DNA from: Octopus vulgaris
Taxonomy: Eukaryota
Length of the DNA stretch: 64,000 nt
Assembly (NCBI GenBank): GCA_951406725.2
Contig: OX597819.1
Location: forward strand, 49,476,001-49,540,000
Direction: 5' to 3'
Shown here: positions 52,034-62,415 of the stretch, piece after piece
Position numbering within the stretch: position 1 is the first letter of the stretch
Layout of the letters: each line of letters opens with the position of its first letter
Notes under the pieces: model-generated
The model's input: the letters and a program-made list of their open reading frames with translations, nothing else
The model's database searches: none
What the model was told of the DNA's origin: nothing
Position numbers and translations under genes: made by a program

Positions 52034-53416
52034 AACGAAGGTTAACAAGGACAAGTCGGGCGGTTTACAACTCGGCACCTGGAGGAGCAAGCCGATGCCA
52101 TCAAATAACGTTGTGGGGTGTTGGACGGAAGGTCCTGTTAAGCTGCTCAGAGTTTAGATTGGTCCAGACGTCCTGATAGAGCGGTCTGACCGTGGTGTCT
52201 TGCCCCGATTTGTGGTTGAACAAGTTGGAGAAAATCCTTATCCGCTTTTTGTAGAAGGGAGGAAAGCCACTTGTAAAGCACTCTGTCTGCTGCTAGAAGC
52301 CGCTAAAGAGTGGGTTAGGGATGCCTTGCCTGAGGATGCGAAAATTCACGTTACGGTCGAGGCACCTCTGGTTTTACCTGGATGGAGAGCAGGTGTGGTC
52401 ACCGCACGTCCGGTTCTATATCCCGCAGTTAACGTCCTAAATGGACGTTGGTACATGGATCAAGAAGAGACCTAGGCTGGGGGACTGGCAATTGGAGTAT
52501 TGTCAGGCACTTCAGCTATTCTCTTGGACAGGCAATGCCGGCAGCTGGAGTTCCACCGTGGATTTTTATAGTGGGTTAGTAGAAATCAATTCCAAAGACG
52601 CCTTAGGGGAGACCTTGGGCTACGATGAAAATCAGTTAATCAACCTGTTCAGGAAAACGTTCAGGCCGGGGTATCTGAATAATTACAAGAAATCCCTAGC
52701 TTGGCAGTGCTTCCGTGTGGCGTTACCGGTTCGTGACAAGCTTTCAAGGCACGGAAGTGCCGTCTCGCTGACATGCCCGAGATGTGGGCAGGATAGGGAA
52801 ACCGTCTTGCATGCATTCGTGGAGTGTCTGGAATTATCGGGACTGATAGCTTTCGTCGAACAACTGATATCAATGATGGGAAGAGTACAGCTATCGGCTG
52901 AGTCTATCATCAAGATCGTGCCACCTTCTTCCCTTACCAGGGAAAGGAAGACCTGTTTTTCCTGCGTAGTAGCCATATGAAAGAAACAGTATGGAAGACG
53001 CGTGTGAAAGGCATAGTGACAGGTACCTTTGTCTCTGGCCAGGGGTTGGTCAACTTCTTTAGTTACCACCTCAATAGTAAGATCAGGCTGGAGAAGAAGT
53101 GTCTGTTACAGGATATATTTGTTAAAAGATGGAAACCTGTGGAAAGTAAGTTGGGTGTGATTGGCACCAAGTAAGTGTATTCAAGATGAAAAGTAAATGT
53201 TCTACCCAGGTTGCAGGATGCCTTTAGGTAATACATTGCAAGTCGCAATGAACGTAAAATTTTTAAAAATTTTGAAACTATATATATTGTTTCAGGATTC
53301 ACCTATCATCCGAGACTGTTTTTTAATCGATTAGCAGCTACTTCACCTTTTTATGTTTGTTTGTCTTTGTTCGTCCCCTCTTTGTAATGTCATCGTGGTA
53401 AATTTGACGAAATAAA
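52034..53416 (+). mobile_element. Tx1-type (L1 clade) LINE, copy 1, 3' portion
   Basis: KVNKDKS RT C-terminus; zf-RVT-like WQCFRVALPVRDKL...TCPRCGQDRETVLHAFVEC (ORF 52441-52980); ORF2 stop at 53174; 3' UTR ending AATAAA. Confidence 0.88.
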
Positions 53417-54112
53417 GTAATTTGCTTACCTGTCTCATGGTTAGACGTGTTTCTTTGGTGGTGAGTCAAACGTTTTCTTGAACGTTGGATAATTTTTCTG
53501 TTGGAATTCCTGACTGTTTATTGTTGAACATTTTCGAACTGTTGAACATTGTTGAACTTTTAAACTTTGGAAATTTTTGTGCTTTTTCCCGGTGACGGGA
53601 GAAAGTAATTGTTTGTGTAAAGCCATTTTTGCAGTTGTGAATTGTTGAAATATTGAACTTGTTAAAGCCGTTGTAGGCGTTATTGTAGTACCTCCACCAA
53701 GCGGGGATGGGATTTGAACTGTTAGCCTCATTAAGAGGAAAAAAATATTATAGGTTTCCCGTTTTTTGTGTGTTTTTTTTAGATAATCAATTTATTACTG
53801 TGTGAAAATTTTAATTTTAGCCGTTGTAGGCACTATTGTGGCACCCCGCCCCTAGTGGGGTGAGATTTGAACTGTTGTCGTCCTCGTTGTGAGGGGAAAA
53901 AAATATTATAGGTTTCCCGTTTTTTGGGATACCGTATTTTTATTATTGTGTGAAAAATTTAATTTCGAACATTGCAGGCTTTGTTGTTACGTCTCGCCCC
54001 CCAGCGGGGGTGGGATTTGAACTGCTGTCCTCGTTGAGATGAAAAAAAAGTAAAAATTATAGGTTTCCCGTTTTCAGGGATTAAGTTGTGTATAAATTTA
54101 TTCTGAACGAAC

Positions 54113-54980
54113 ATGTCAGTCGAAATAATTTCAGAAAAATTCACTAGAAGAGCCAGTTAAGAAATTTTCAGCAGTTACTGCGGTGGCTACTGAAAACATC
54201 GAACTACCAAAGGAAAGCTCTCCGAGCTTTTTGAAAAAATGAAAGAAGAGGTGGGTGATATAGAAATATCACCCTCACCTCGTGTTGAAAAATTGAAAAG
54301 AAGGACAGTTGTTTTCAAAACATAGTGTCCTTCAACAAAGAAATTTAAGCACTTTGAGCAGTGCAAAATTGAAAAATGTCTGGCTCCCATATGGGAAGAC
54401 ATAAAGTATATAGCGAGGGGCCGTACTTATGGTACAGTAGAGGCCAGATTTGAAACAGAAGTAAAAGCCCAAGAGCACTCAGTGAGTCCCCTGAAGACGA
54501 AGTAGTTGGTACTTCTGCCAACCTACATGAGAGACAAACTGCTCGAGTAAGAGTGACAGAAGTGCCACCTGAAGTTGGTGTAAGGGGAGTGATGGCCGCC
54601 CTGTTGTATATCAGGACAGACAAAATCGCCTTCCTTCAGATCACACGCACTGCCCCACAAAACTGGCTCGGGCAAAGCATTTCTACCATTATTCAGAGAA
54701 CTCGGGAAGAAATCGAAATGCTTCCAGAGAGGGGGCTCTTGGGTGAAGATATCGCCCTCGGAATACAAGTAGATGGCAAAAAAACCAACGTGATACGAAT
54801 GTAGCAAAAAAGGCCACATCCGTATAGACTGTGAACAATGGAAAAGAAAAGTGGCACAGGCAGCAGGCCCCTCAATTACAAAAAAAGACCCCAAACCCGC
54901 ACACGCATTAGCCCCGACAGAAACAAAAATCCATACTCCCCCATCTGTGGTGCCCGCCCACAAACACGACACCCCAAAAC
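54113..54980 (+). pseudogene. Tx1 ORF1 (gag-like) pseudogene
   Basis: RTVVFKT and RVRVTEVPPEV segments; knuckle (C>stop)YECSKKGHIRIDC at 54791-54832 fits CX2CX4HX4C. Confidence 0.75.
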
Positions 54981-56438
54981 CCCAGAGTTAATGATTTTGG
55001 CCAAGGTGCTAGCGAAAAGGTTGGCGCGGGGCGTAGACAAACTTGTAGGGGGTGCACAAATGTGCGCTATCCCAGGCAGGATGATCCACAACAATCTCCA
55101 CCTTATACGCTACTCCTTAGAGAGGGTGGGGAAACTTTCTGGGGTAGGGGGGGGGGCACTGGTACATTTAGACCAGTCTAAGGCATTTGATAGGGTTGAC
55201 CATTGATACTTAGTGACGGTCTTCGAGAAGGCTGGCCTGGGCCCGACCTTCTGTGGTTGGATTGCTGCGTTGTATAACAACATCGAGTCTGTCATAAAAG
55301 TGAATGGTTTCCTTTCGAAGCCATTCAGAATCGAACAATCAGTGCATCAGGGGTGTTCCCTGTCTCCGCTTTTGTATGTGTTGGCTCCCAAACCATTACT
55401 GCGGAAGTTGGAGGCACTAGGGGGCACCCCACATGATCTATGGTGTGGAAGAGGAGCTATGGCGTATGCGGATGACATCTCCATCATCGTGGCAAATGAA
55501 GGCTAGCTTCCAGTGGTGGAAGAGGCTATCAAAAGTTACGAGGCGGTAGCAGGAGCGAAGGTTAACAAGGACAAGCCAATCGGTGTGCAACTCAGCACCT
55601 GGATGGGCAAGCCTTGGGGAATACTCTGGGCTACGATGAAAATCAGTTGATCGATCTGTTCAGGAGAACTTTCGAGCTGGGGTACCTGGATACTTACCAG
55701 AAATCCCTGGCCTGGCAGTGCTTTCATGTGGCACTACCTATTCGTGATAAACTGTCAAGGCACAGAAGTGCCGTCTCGCCGACATGTCTGAGATGCGGGC
55801 GGAACATGGAAACTGTCTTGCTTGAATTTATGGAATTTCCGGAATTAACGGGACTGATAACTTTCACAGAACAACTGTTGTCATCGATGGGAAGAGAACA
55901 GCTATCAGCTGAGTCTATCATTGAGATTGTGCCACCTCCTTCCCTTAACAGGGAAAGGAGGGCTTGCTTTTTCTGCGTAGTAGCCATATGCAACCGAAAT
56001 TTAAAAAAAAATTTTCGAAAATTTTACCCAAAAATTTTCCAAAAATTTTAACCAGAAAGTTTTCGAAAATTTTCACCGAAAACTTTACCCAAAAATTTAC
56101 CGAAAATTTCACCTAAAAAGTTTTCGAAAATTTTCACCGAAAATTTTACCCAAAAATTTTCTGAAAATTTTCATCGAAAATTTTTCCCCAAAATTTGTCG
56201 AAAATTTTACCCAAAAGTTTTCACCGAAATTTTTCAAAAATCTTTCGAAACAGTATGGAAGATGCATGTGAGAGGCACAGTGATGGGTACCTTTGTATCT
56301 GGCTAGGGGTTGGTCAACTATTTTAGTTACCACCTCAATAGTAAGATCAAGCTGGAGAAGAGGTACCTGTCATGAGATAGATTCATGGAAAGATGGAAGC
56401 CTGTAGCAAGGAATTTGGGAGCGACTGGCACCAGGTAA
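54981..56438 (+). pseudogene. Tx1 ORF2 reverse transcriptase pseudogene (endonuclease missing)
   Basis: ILAKVLAKRL, LDQSKAFDRVDH, QGCSLSPLLY, AYADDI, GAKVNKDK, then zf-RVT-like region; stops, deletion and minisatellite insertion. Confidence 0.92.
55991..56246. repeat. AAAATTTT-based minisatellite inserted in LINE copy 2
   Basis: Many GAAAATTTT(C/A)(A)CC units; absent from copy 1 (GCCATATGAAAGAAACAGTATGG). Confidence 0.9.
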
Positions 56439-56911
56439 GTGGAGTCCAAAAAAAAAGAAAAGGAAAGAGAAAGCAAGGGTTCTACCCTGGTGATCGGATG
56501 CCTTTCCGTCAGGGAAGTCATTGAAAATCACAGTGAGTAACATGTTATCATGTAATTGGTAATTAGTGATTTGTAATTTGTAAATAGTAATTTGTAATTT
56601 TTAGATTGTATCATAAATTTATCATTATAAATTTTTAAACATTGTAGCAGCTACTACATTTTTTTGTTTGTCTGTCCTTGTTCGTCTCCTCTTTGTAATG
56701 CCTTCATGGCAAATTTTATGAAATAAAGTAGCTTGCTTACCAACCATATGGTTCCGGGTTCAGTCCCACTGCATGGCACCTTGGGCAAGTGTCTTCTACT
56801 ATAGCCTCAGGCCTACCAAAGCCTTTTGAGTGGATTTGGTAGACGGAAACTGAAAGAAGCCTGTCGTATATATATATATGTATGATAATGATATATATAT
56901 ATATATATATG

Positions 56912-56953
<42 letters not shown>

Positions 56954-56954
<1 letters not shown>

Positions 56955-58235
56955 GAGGGGAGTTCAATAAGTAATGCCCCTGACCCACTTGCAGTTGTTT
57001 GATCTAGCTGAAATTTTGTGTGTGCAATTATTTACATCTCTATAGAGTATGTGGCAAATTACAGCTTTGAACTAATTGGGGTTTCTGATTTACAGGTGTT
57101 TGAACTGAGTCAAGTGTGAAATGGAGTCTGTTGAGTGTCGAGTAGTGATCTGGTTTTTGTATTTGAAAGGACGCACACCACGGGAGACTTTTGATGAAAT
57201 GAAAGTAACTTATGGTAATGATGCCCCATCATATGACCTTGTAAAACGCTGGCATCGTGAATTCAAACATGGTCGGAACTCGGTGGAAACAGCTCCCAGA
57301 TCTGGTCGCCCCACTTCTGCAATTGATGAGGCATCTGTCCGTCAAGTTGAGGCTGCCATTTTGGAAGATCGACGCATAACTATTCGCCAAATAGCCCACG
57401 AGGTCAAGATTAGTACCGGGTCTGTGGAAACTATCATTCATGACCATTTGCATGTGCAAAAGGTGTCTGCCAGATGGATTCCCAGGTTGCTCACACCTTT
57501 CCAGAAGCAAGAACGCGTCGAGTGCTCGAGGATGAATTTGGAGATGTGCCAAGAAGATGAGTCAAAATTTTTCAAAAGACTGATTACACAGGATGAAACC
57601 TGGGTCCATCACTATGATCCAGAGACCAAAGCCCAGTCAATGCAGTGGAAGCACTGTGACTTACCTCCTCCAAAGAAGGCAAGGGTGCAGCCCTCCGCTG
57701 GCAAGGTCATGCTCACAGTCTTCTGGGACCAGGACGGAGTAGTGATAACAGATTTCCTGGCAAAGGGTACCACAATTACAGGAGCCTATTATGCTTCACT
57801 TTTGAGGAAATTAAGAGAAACTATCAAAATCAAGAGGCGGGGAAAGATCAGCAAAGACATCAGGACAACGCTCCGGTCCACAACTCGCTTGTCGCCAGAT
57901 CAGAAGCACAGGCGTGCGGTTATGAACTCCTCCCCCATCCCCCCTACTCTCCTGACCTTGCACCCTCTGATTTTCACCTCTTCCCAGCCATGAGGTTGTT
58001 TTTGAAAGGAAAGCTTTTCCCAGATGATGCAGCCTTGATTTCTGAAGTCACGTCGTGGTTGGAGGACCAAGCTGGGTCTTCTAAAAAAACGGTCTCCAGA
58101 GCTGCATCAAACAATGGGAGAAATGTGTAAATCTGGGTGGTTCCTATGTAGAGAAAGACTAATAACTGTACAAAGTTTCGTTGCTCTACTCCTATGAGAA
58201 GTGGGTCAGGGGCATTACTTATTGAATGCCCCTCG
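56954..58235 (+). mobile_element. Young full-length mariner (irritans/Himar1-Hsmar2-like)
   Basis: 37-bp TIRs CGAGGGG(AG/CA)TTCAATAAGTAATGCCCCTGACCCACTT with 2 mismatches, TA on both sides, 1282 bp. Confidence 0.95.
57121..58162 (+). pseudogene. Mariner transposase, frameshifted near 57860 and ~58075
   Basis: ORF 57121-57993: SGRP, WIPRLL, ITQDETWVHHYDPETK, KVMLTVFWD; DNAPVH and YSPDLAPSDFHLF in a shifted frame; ends GSYVEKD*. Confidence 0.93.
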
Positions 58236-58268
<33 letters not shown>

Positions 58269-58292
58269 ATGATGATGATATATATATATATA

Positions 58293-58521
58293 TATCTGTA
58301 AATTAATATGTGACAATTATTCAATAGCCAAGATAAAACTCTGAGTTTCTGGCCAGATAACCGAAGAGATGGTGTTGTGGATTTCCACTTCGGCATCCGA
58401 AACTCAGAGTTTTATCTTGGCTATTGAATAATTGTCACATATTAATTTACAGATAAATTTCCTCTATTTACATAATATTGAGGTCTCTTTCTTTCTTTTG
58501 TTATCTTACCGTTTTTACCAA
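58293..58521 (+). mobile_element. Penelope-like terminal fragment with inverted duplication
   Basis: Perfect 57-bp inverted repeat 58293-58349 / 58399-58455 inside (TA)n, overlapping a hammerhead-like motif. Confidence 0.65.
58352..58421 (+). ncRNA. Candidate minimal type I hammerhead ribozyme (core variant CCGAAGA)
   Basis: Stem I GCCAGATAA/TTATCTTGGC, core CCGAAGA 58361-67, stem II GATG/CATC enclosing GTGGA-TT-TCCAC, GAAA 58399-402, stem III CTC-A-GAG, GUU cleavage triplet. Confidence 0.55.
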
Positions 58522-59302
58522 TATATATATATATATAAGTATGTGTGTGTATATATGTTTGTGTGTCTGTGTTTGACCCCCCCACCCAACATCACTTGAC
58601 AACTGATGCTGGTGTGTTTACGTCCCCGTAACTTAGCAGTTCAGCATAGAATAAGTCCTGGGGTTGATTTGCTTGACAAAAGGCGGTGCTCCAGCATGGC
58701 CACAGTCAAATGACTGAAACAAGTAAAAGAGTAAAAAGAGAGTAAAGGGTAATGGAAGTAGAAGTATAAAGCACAAACAAACGGGACATTGATTGGAGAA
58801 TTATATTTAAGCTATTCAGAAACTGGATGACAAGCAATGAGAATAATTAACTGTTAGGGAACTCTTTAACGTTTACATATGTTTCAGCAGTAATGTACTC
58901 TTCGTGTTAGTCTAGGATACAATGCTTCTAAGTAGCAAGTTTATTATTGATAAACTCTTTTCCCTTTACATGAAATTGATGGACACAAACTGATAGTTTA
59001 TTTGTTTTGAGTCCATTCTCCAAGAAGAACAAGTTCTTTTATATCATGAGCAAATTTTAAAACAGTTTTTAAGTCAAATTAAATTCAAACAAAGAAAATT
59101 ATATTTTCATTTGAGACAATGTTAAAAAGTTGCATACATTGAGGTCAAGACAGACAAGTGGTAAAACAAGATTGCAAATGAGTAGAAATAATGGCTTGAA
59201 AAAGCAATTAAAACCTAAAATGAGGAAAACCTATGGGCTCTAGCAAAAAGATGAGAAAAGATCCAGTTAAGTTTTGGTTAGACATGTTCAGGTCAAGCTT
59301 TA

Positions 59303-59720
59303 AAGCACCCACTACACTCACAGAAAAAACGTTAGCACACCGGACGAAATGCTTAGAGGTATTTTGTCTGCCGTTACATTCTGAGTTCAAATTCCGCCGA
59401 GGTCGACTTTGCCTTTCATCCTTTCGGGGTCGATAAATAAAGTACCAGTTACGCACTGGGGTTGATGTAATCGACTTAATCCGTTTGTCTGTCCTTGTTT
59501 GTCCCCTCTATGTTTGGCCCCTTGTGGGCAATAAAGTAATAGGTTGGCATTAGGAAGGGTATCCAGCTGTAGAAACTCTGCCAGATCAGATTGGAGTCTG
59601 GTGCAGTCATCTGGTTCGCCAGACCTCAGTCAAATAGTCCAACCCATGCTAGCATGGAAAGCGGACGTTAAATGATGGTGATGATGATGATGATGATGAT
59701 GATGAGGATGATGATGATGA
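59303..59720 (+). mobile_element. Family C 3' part interrupted by SINE B tail-1 (~59322-59540)
   Basis: AGCACCCACTACACTCAC | SINE B | GGTTGGCATTAGGAAGGG...(GAT)n. Confidence 0.87.
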
Positions 59721-60291
59721 AGTTGCTAAATATCAACAGTATTAAGCTTTCAGAAGATTGGGTGCAGTTTTGAAAAGACAAATTTTCACATAAGTTTCAT
59801 TTATGCAAATAAGAGTCGCTGATGCAATCTTGTCTTCTTTTTTATAGTTTATTCAATTATATGATCTATTTTAGGTCGAAGGCCCAACAGCTCTCCACAG
59901 GAGTTAGATTAAGTTTACTCAGAGAACAGCTTTTTCAGCTAGTATTCAATATTTCCATTTTTTAAAAGAGTAGCATGAGATTTGGCTATTACTTCTTGCA
60001 AATCAAACAACCAAGAAGACACTCCTTTTATTGGCTCAGATACCAAATGGCATTTTAATTAAAAGTGCATGTATATAGTGGAATGTTATTAAATGATTAT
60101 TGATACCAAAATTAGTGAGTCAGAATATTGTAAAGCCCTTTGCTTAATGCTATAACCCAGTTATTATTACCTAAAAGACTCTGTCCCAAAGTAGCTCCCA
60201 CAGTAATAGGAAGTGAAACCCTTTCAGAAGCATTTTTGCTTTCTTTCTTTCTTTCTTTCTTTCTTTCATTCTCAAATTTAATTAATTCAGA

Positions 60292-60580
60292 GGTCGACAT
60301 TAAGGACAACACGACTCTTTCTACACTACCATACATTCTTCTGTTTTTGATGCACACATTTGTAATTGCAATTTGGAAAGGTTATTGTTTTGGACAGGAC
60401 ACCATGCGAATGCAAATAGTCAATACTTCATGCATTGTCACTGTGGAAATTCTGAATAACTTCATAATCATCCATGCTACAATCTTGGCAATTTTTGACA
60501 ATGCCTTCCATTTTCAAAACACTTGCTTCCACTTGTAAGATTTCTTAGTACTTCAAAACAAGGCTTACTGCTGCTGTTGA
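60292..60580 (-). pseudogene. Possible Merlin (IS1595/ISXO2-like) transposase N-terminal relic
   Basis: From ATG 60511: MEGIVKNCQDC...DYLHSHGVLSKTITFPNCNYKC...VW*CRKSR; inverted paralogue at ~61099-61247. Confidence 0.4.
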
Positions 60581-61724
60581 TGCTCTTGCATTGGTTTTCC
60601 ATTGGCAGGGAAATTTGTTTTTCTTGTTATTATTGGTTTGTTATGAATAACTATGGCCTTCAAAACAGTTGAAAATTGATGAAAAATCATTACTTAATGT
60701 AGTTGTAACAAAAAACTATATTCTACACAATGCTTAGAACATTTAAAATATCGTTTATATATTTGTTTTGTAAGATTCTTGATGTGCAATCGTGTGTTGA
60801 AACAGATGTTGTTGTATTTAGGAATGGTCATTTTGCCAGTTTAGCCAATAAAAATACATGCACTATATATTTGGTGTTAATTTGCTTCAGCTTTATTTAT
60901 TTTTTACATTAATCTTAATCTTATTTCGGCCAGAGTCCTTTTGTCACACTTCTGTGACCTCATCAGTGGTCCTTTGCTTTCTTCTTTCTTATTTGTGTGT
61001 CTCTCCTTACTAACGGTCAGCCATACATTTTAAATATCAAAATATTAAAACTTCATAAATCTAATGCTGCTACTGTTACTTAAAAACATGTGTGTCCACT
61101 TATTTTGAAGCAGTAGCAGGAAGCCTTGCAAGTGGAAGCATGTGTTTTGAAAATGGAAAACATTGTTAAAATTTACCAAAATTGTAGCATAGATTATTAT
61201 GAAGTTATCCACTGTTTCTACAGTAATATTGCAAAAACAAGTACTGAGGAAGTAGATGAAAAGGCTGAAAAATATACCAGGTATTTTAAATGTTTTTTGT
61301 TTCCACTATTACTTTGATTTTTGCCCCATCCCGTCCTCACTGCCGCAGCCTTAAAAAGAAAACTAATGATTTCCAATGGTTTAAAAGTCAGATTCACTGA
61401 AAACACATAAAAAAGAACTAAGGAAAAAGATTTTCTTATTGAACAGCAGTAGGTGCTTTACTGACCCTTGTCTGTATGGCTGAGGGTCCTCCCTGCTCGT
61501 AATTCCATCCCCCACACACACACACACCCACACACACATACGCAAGCACACTTCAGTTTTTGAGAAAAGAAGTCAATTTCAAGTGAATTGGAGGTCAGAT
61601 TAGTTGAAAACACACACAAAAAAAAAAAAAAACAGAACAAATTTTCTCATCAAACCTCACCAAGTTCTTTTTTATAAATTTACTTATTTTTTTTGCCACC
61701 ATTGTCACAAGTGCAATCACTAAA

Positions 61725-61920
61725 GTAGTGAGTTGGAAAAATTCTTAGCAGCATTTCATTCACCTTCACATTTTGAGTTCAAATTCCACCAAGGTCAACT
61801 TTGCCTCTCATCTTTTCAGGTTTGATAAAATAAGTATTAGCTAACCACTGGGAGCGATGTAACCAACTTAACCCAACCCACAAAATTGCTGGCCTTGTGC
61901 CAAAATTTGAAACCAATATT
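61725..61920 (+). mobile_element. SINE B, older, tail type 3
   Basis: GAGTTCAAATTCC, TTTGCCTCTCATCTTTTCAGG, AAAATTGCTGGCCTTGTGCCAAAATTTGAAACCAATAT. Confidence 0.8.
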
Positions 61921-62237
61921 ATTTCAATCACTGGACATCATCATCCAAGTAATGCCACAGTCATTGGATGTCTTTTATACTTCTAGAGGCTCTATTTTAC
62001 TGCCAGTTCAGTCCCTAGCCTCAATGATATAACTTACATAACAACTTGGCTGCATCATATGGCACAGTAAATATTCTGAACTAGCAACACTATAACAGGG
62101 GAATCATACAGACACACTGCAGTGTAAGTTGACAGAATACCTTGTATTTAGTCACGTTATTGCAGTTCATTCACTTGAATGTGCATTCCCAAGTAATGTG
62201 TGGACTTGCACCATTAAAAATCATTTCTAAAAACAAC

Positions 62238-62415
62238 AAAAATGCTTAGCAACATTTTATCCATCTTTACATTCTGAGTTCAAATTCCATGAAGGTTGAT
62301 TTTGCCTTCTGTCCTTTGGTAGTCCATAAAATATGGTGTTAGTCAAATACTGGGGTCAATGGAATTGATTATCCCTTCTAAAATTATTGGCTTTGTACCA
62401 AATTTTGAAACTGTT
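62238..62415 (+). mobile_element. SINE B, older, tail type 3
   Basis: Diverged family match; another tail fragment at ~63245-63312. Confidence 0.75.

Larger units (their letters stand above)
53431..56727 (+). mobile_element. Tx1-type LINE, copy 2: 5' UTR, ORF1, internally deleted ORF2, 3' UTR
   Basis: 5' UTR monomers, ORF1 with CCHC knuckle, RT and C-terminal Zn domain paralogous to copy 1, same 3' end. Confidence 0.88.
56726..58746 (+). mobile_element. SINE A lacking its first ~20 nt, hosting a mariner and a Penelope-like hairpin in its (TA)n core
   Basis: 5' half 56726-56870, 3' half ~58540-58746. Confidence 0.88.

Noticed and set aside
54838-55206. Apparent ORF1-RT fusion protein
   Set aside because: The N-terminal half is not in the frame of the CCHC knuckle, and the RT has stops at 55204 and 55504
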